A DNA stretch of 64,000 nt from an uncultured virus (IMG/VR IMGVR_UViG_3300020196_000023) (Duplodnaviria; Heunggongvirae; Uroviricota; Caudoviricetes): the IMG/VR virus record IMGVR_UViG_3300020196_000023. One strand, given 5' to 3'. The position numbers and the translations under genes are program-made. The notes under the pieces were generated by a model. It made no database searches. It was not told the DNA's origin and saw only the letters and a program-made list of their open reading frames with translations. Below, piece after piece: positions 60,557 through 64,000 of this stretch (its first letter is position 1; every line of letters starts with the position of its first letter).

Positions 60557-61691
60557 AAAAGTTTTGTATGATTCTCATAAACCTTGGGAAGTTGCTGTCG
60601 TGAGAAAAATGGTTGATATTTTTAATGATATTCATGACGGCAAGCAAAAATCAAGAGAAGAGTATATTGCCCATATACAACAGATAATTAACGACACCTC
60701 TAATAAAGAAACGCCAGAGCAAGCGTTTGATTATTTTAAAGAAGAAAACGCCGTAGATCCAGATATGTTTGAAGCTGTTGCAGGATATCTATATCCACGA
60801 TTTTCCGATGATCAAATACCGGCATCTTATAAAGACATACATGCAAAGTATAAAGAAATGGCAAAAGGCTATGTCAAACATGATGCTGGACCCAGTTCTA
60901 CGTTTTTAAGAAAGCCAAAGTCAATTGATCCACAAGATCAAGAAGACGTTAGAAAAAATAGAAAAACATTAATTCATGAAGAAGAGCAGCCTGATGCTAG
61001 AGAAGCAAAAGGAGAATTATATGTTAGAATGCCTCCGCAAAAGTTTTTACAATTAGCAGCTAGTGATGTGTCATGCGAAGAAAGAGTTTCAAAATTCTCT
61101 ATCAAAAAATATGATGAAACCGGCTTAAGAGGCAATCCAGTTTTACGTATAGATGCGTTAAATAACAAAGTATTTTATCATGATGGTCGTGGTAGAGCTT
61201 GTTTAGCAATAAATAATAAATTATCAGAAATTAATGTAGCATTAGTCTTCTATAAAGAAGATCTAAAAACAAGAGCGATTAGAAGTTGGGATTATATAAC
61301 TAAAATTGGTTATATTACTAATCAGGATGGGACAGAAAATATAGATTTATCTGGTATTCGTTTAATAAATGAACCACCTGATTGGCCTAGAAGATTAAGA
61401 ATATATGCTGTAAAATATATTGATAAAAGCGACAAGCAAACGCCATCAGAAAAAATAGATTATAATATCAATAGTCTGATTATAGATATGTATTTAAATT
61501 ATCCTAATATAAAACAACCAATAGAAGTTTATAGATTAATACCAAATAAAAGTGTAAAATCCGGCGAACCGCCTTATAAATTAGACAATGAAGGTCGTGT
61601 AGTATTAAAAAATAAAAATTTAGAAGATGAAAGTGTATGGGAAAAGGTTCCAAAAGATGAATGGGATAGTCTTCCTGCTCATCGTAAATAA
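60507..61691 (+). CDS. Putative internal head protein with IIKEE leader and ParB/Srx-like motif
   Basis: MKINKSFLSKIIKEE; PVLRID..HDGRGRA. Confidence 0.55.
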   Translation: MKINKSFLSKIIKEEIKKVLYDSHKPWEVAVVRKMVDIFNDIHDGKQKSREEYIAHIQQIINDTSNKETPEQAFDYFKEENAVDPDMFEAVAGYLYPRFSDDQIPASYKDIHAKYKEMAKGYVKHDAGPSSTFLRKPKSIDPQDQEDVRKNRKTLIHEEEQPDAREAKGELYVRMPPQKFLQLAASDVSCEERVSKFSIKKYDETGLRGNPVLRIDALNNKVFYHDGRGRACLAINNKLSEINVALVFYKEDLKTRAIRSWDYITKIGYITNQDGTENIDLSGIRLINEPPDWPRRLRIYAVKYIDKSDKQTPSEKIDYNINSLIIDMYLNYPNIKQPIEVYRLIPNKSVKSGEPPYKLDNEGRVVLKNKNLEDESVWEKVPKDEWDSLPAHRK

Positions 61692-61747
61692 TTAGCTATT
61701 TAACTTGTACTAGTAGTGTTGTATCATCTGTTCTGATTGGAGAACAA

Positions 61748-64000
61748 ATGAAAATATTGCATTTGGCTGACACACATATTAAAAATCTTAAGTATCATGA
61801 TGAATATCGTCAAATTTTTAATGAAATTTATAAAATTGCTAGAGAACAAAAAGTAGAATTAATTATTCATTGTGGCGATATTGCTCACACTAAAACTCAA
61901 ATCAGTCCAGAATTTGTTGAAATGGCTGGTGATTTTTTTAGCAATCTTGCCTCAATCGCTCCAACGCATATTATTCTTGGTAATCACGATGTAAACTTAA
62001 AGAATGAATCGCGTCAAGATTCTATCTCTCCAATTATTAAAGCTCTTAATTTACCAAATCTTTTTCTTCATAAATATTCCGGCGAAGTCTCAATTAATGA
62101 TCATTTTAGCTTAAACGTATTGAGCATTATTGATGAGGACAAATGGGTTAAGCCAAGTAACGCCGAAAAAATTAATATTGGTTTATATCACGGTGCCATT
62201 TCTGGTATTACAACTGATACTGGTTATCAACTTGAAAGCGATGTTCATCTTGTTGATGTTTATGATGGACATGATTATGTTTTTCTTGGTGATATTCATA
62301 AAACAAATCAATCAGTGGATAAAGAGGGTAAGGTTCGCTATCCCGGTTCAACCGTTCAGCAAGGCTTCGCAGAGACAAACGATAAAGGATTTCTAATTTG
62401 GGACATACAATCAAAAAATGATTTTACATGTACACATTATGCTATCAAAAATCCAAAACCATATATTGATATTATTCTTGGAGATCAAGGTGAGGTTCCT
62501 AGCGTTGATATTGCTCCTAATGCTCGCATACGTATTATTGCCGACAAAAGTATATCATTGGATAAAATTAAAAAGGCAACAGATATTGTAAAAAATAGTT
62601 TTAATCCTGAAAGTGTAAGCTTTGTTAGCAAGGCTATTATTAGTAAAAACAATACCGCTTCTACAATACTTGATAATCAAGACAATTTACGCGATCTTGG
62701 AGTTCAAGAAAAGCTTATTCGTAATTATTTAAAAGAATATAAAGCAGAAGAAGATATATTACTGAAAGTATTAGAATTAAATAAAAAGTTTTCTTCTGCT
62801 ATTGAAGATGGTGAAGAAACATATCGCAATATTAATTGGAAATTAAAATCTCTTGAATGGGATAATCTATTTAATTATGGAGAAGGTAATAAAATAGATT
62901 TTTCTAATCTAAATGGTATAGTAGGTATCTTTGGCAAAAACTATTCCGGCAAATCATCAGTTATTGATGGCTTGTTATATACTGTTTTTAATACTACTTC
63001 TAAAAACAACAGAAAGAATCTTAACGTTATTAATCAAAACGCTGAGAGTGCTTTTGGTAAGGCTACGATAGATATTGATGGTGAAGAATATATTATTGAT
63101 CGTAAAAGCGAAAAATATATTAAAAAGACAAAAGGCGTAGAGGTAATTGAAGCAAAAACAGATGTTCAATTTACAACAGATAGTGAATCTTTGAACGGTT
63201 TGGCTCGTAATGATACAGATAAAAACATTCGTCGCTTCTTTGGCACTGTAGATGATTTTTTCTTAACATCTATGGCTAGCCAGTTTGGTTATTTATCTTT
63301 TATTACAGAAGGATCTACTAATCGTAAACAAATTCTTGCCAAGTTCTTGGATCTAGAGACATTTGAAAAGAAATTTAAAATGGCCAAAGAAGAAAGCTCA
63401 GAGTTAAAAACTCTCTTGAAAAAACTAGAGGGTGTTAATTATGAAAAAGACATTTCTCTAGCACAAGATGAAATTTCTAAGATTGAAATGGAAATTCAAA
63501 GTAAGAAAGTGTCGATTGATGATTTGAAAGAAAAAATTTCTATTGCCAATCAGGCTATTGCTGAATTGCAAGTAGCCATTAGCAGCATGCCTACTGAAGT
63601 AATAGATTATAAAATGACAGAAACATCTTTGCATAATTATCTAGGTAAGCAAAAAGAACTTCTAGACACCAATATTAAAGTTGAGATTGATACAGAAAAG
63701 AAAAATACATTATTAAATGAAATAAACAATCTTATTTCTAGTATCAACGAGGAAGAACTACGCAAAAAAGACGCTGAACTTGTTTCCTTGTCTAAGGAAG
63801 TAAACGCTTTAGAAAAAAAATATTCATTACTAAGCGGCGAGTTATCTACAAGAGATAACAAAATTAAACTTTTAAATGAGATTCCTTGCGGGGATTCTTT
63901 CCCAAGCTGTAAGTTTATCAAGGATGCTTTTGCAGCTAAGGAGGGCTATAAGGGCATTTTTGAAGAAACTATTGAACTTGGTAACTCTCTTAATGAAAAA
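61748..64000 (+). CDS. Fused SbcD/Mre11 nuclease - SbcC/Rad50 ATPase (partial, runs off window)
   Basis: GGAG SD; HLADTH, HCGD, GNHD, YHG, LGDIH, YPGS, then in the same frame WKLKSLEWDNLFNYG, GKNYSGKSS, SQ, coiled coil; absent from track because no stop in window. Confidence 0.9.
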   Translation, partial: MKILHLADTHIKNLKYHDEYRQIFNEIYKIAREQKVELIIHCGDIAHTKTQISPEFVEMAGDFFSNLASIAPTHIILGNHDVNLKNESRQDSISPIIKALNLPNLFLHKYSGEVSINDHFSLNVLSIIDEDKWVKPSNAEKINIGLYHGAISGITTDTGYQLESDVHLVDVYDGHDYVFLGDIHKTNQSVDKEGKVRYPGSTVQQGFAETNDKGFLIWDIQSKNDFTCTHYAIKNPKPYIDIILGDQGEVPSVDIAPNARIRIIADKSISLDKIKKATDIVKNSFNPESVSFVSKAIISKNNTASTILDNQDNLRDLGVQEKLIRNYLKEYKAEEDILLKVLELNKKFSSAIEDGEETYRNINWKLKSLEWDNLFNYGEGNKIDFSNLNGIVGIFGKNYSGKSSVIDGLLYTVFNTTSKNNRKNLNVINQNAESAFGKATIDIDGEEYIIDRKSEKYIKKTKGVEVIEAKTDVQFTTDSESLNGLARNDTDKNIRRFFGTVDDFFLTSMASQFGYLSFITEGSTNRKQILAKFLDLETFEKKFKMAKEESSELKTLLKKLEGVNYEKDISLAQDEISKIEMEIQSKKVSIDDLKEKISIANQAIAELQVAISSMPTEVIDYKMTETSLHNYLGKQKELLDTNIKVEIDTEKKNTLLNEINNLISSINEEELRKKDAELVSLSKEVNALEKKYSLLSGELSTRDNKIKLLNEIPCGDSFPSCKFIKDAFAAKEGYKGIFEETIELGNSLNEK

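Noticed and set aside
24618..63921. Short shadow ORFs inside long genes
   Set aside because: Antisense or off-frame by-products of codon bias with no recognisable motifs
1..64000. Stop-codon reassignment
   Set aside because: TAA, TAG and TGA all end genes at coupled junctions and long genes are intact in the standard code
59416..64000. Inteins in primase or Mre11-Rad50
   Set aside because: Domain lengths look normal and no intein splice-junction motifs were seen

Overview
AT-rich, densely coding fragment of a large (jumbo-type) myovirus-like dsDNA phage, standard genetic code, almost all on the + strand. (1) 1-7.8 kb accessory region: HNH endonuclease, an atypical tRNA-Ala(UGC), lipoprotein serine protease, SPOUT RNA methylase, PIN-PhoH, zincin and a Cas4-like nuclease. 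(2) 7.8-19.4 kb glycan operon: gmd and fcl (GDP-L-fucose), GT4, GT4-GT2, GT47-like and GT11-like transferases, methyltransferases, epimerase and dehydrogenase. Its first glycosyltransferase is split by a 251-nt ORF-less group I intron that the ORF track misses and that appears to lack P9. (3) A gp55-like late sigma factor, with a recurring ACTA(T/G)TTA motif upstream of genes. (4) 21-59 kb baseplate/tail/fibre module, many of whose proteins are rich in [S/T]-[G/A/S]-S tripeptides, possibly glycosylation sites for the adjacent enzymes. (5) RuvC-like resolvase, primase and a fused Mre11-Rad50 (SbcD-SbcC) gene running off the window. Product calls come from motifs recognised by eye; no database searches were run.
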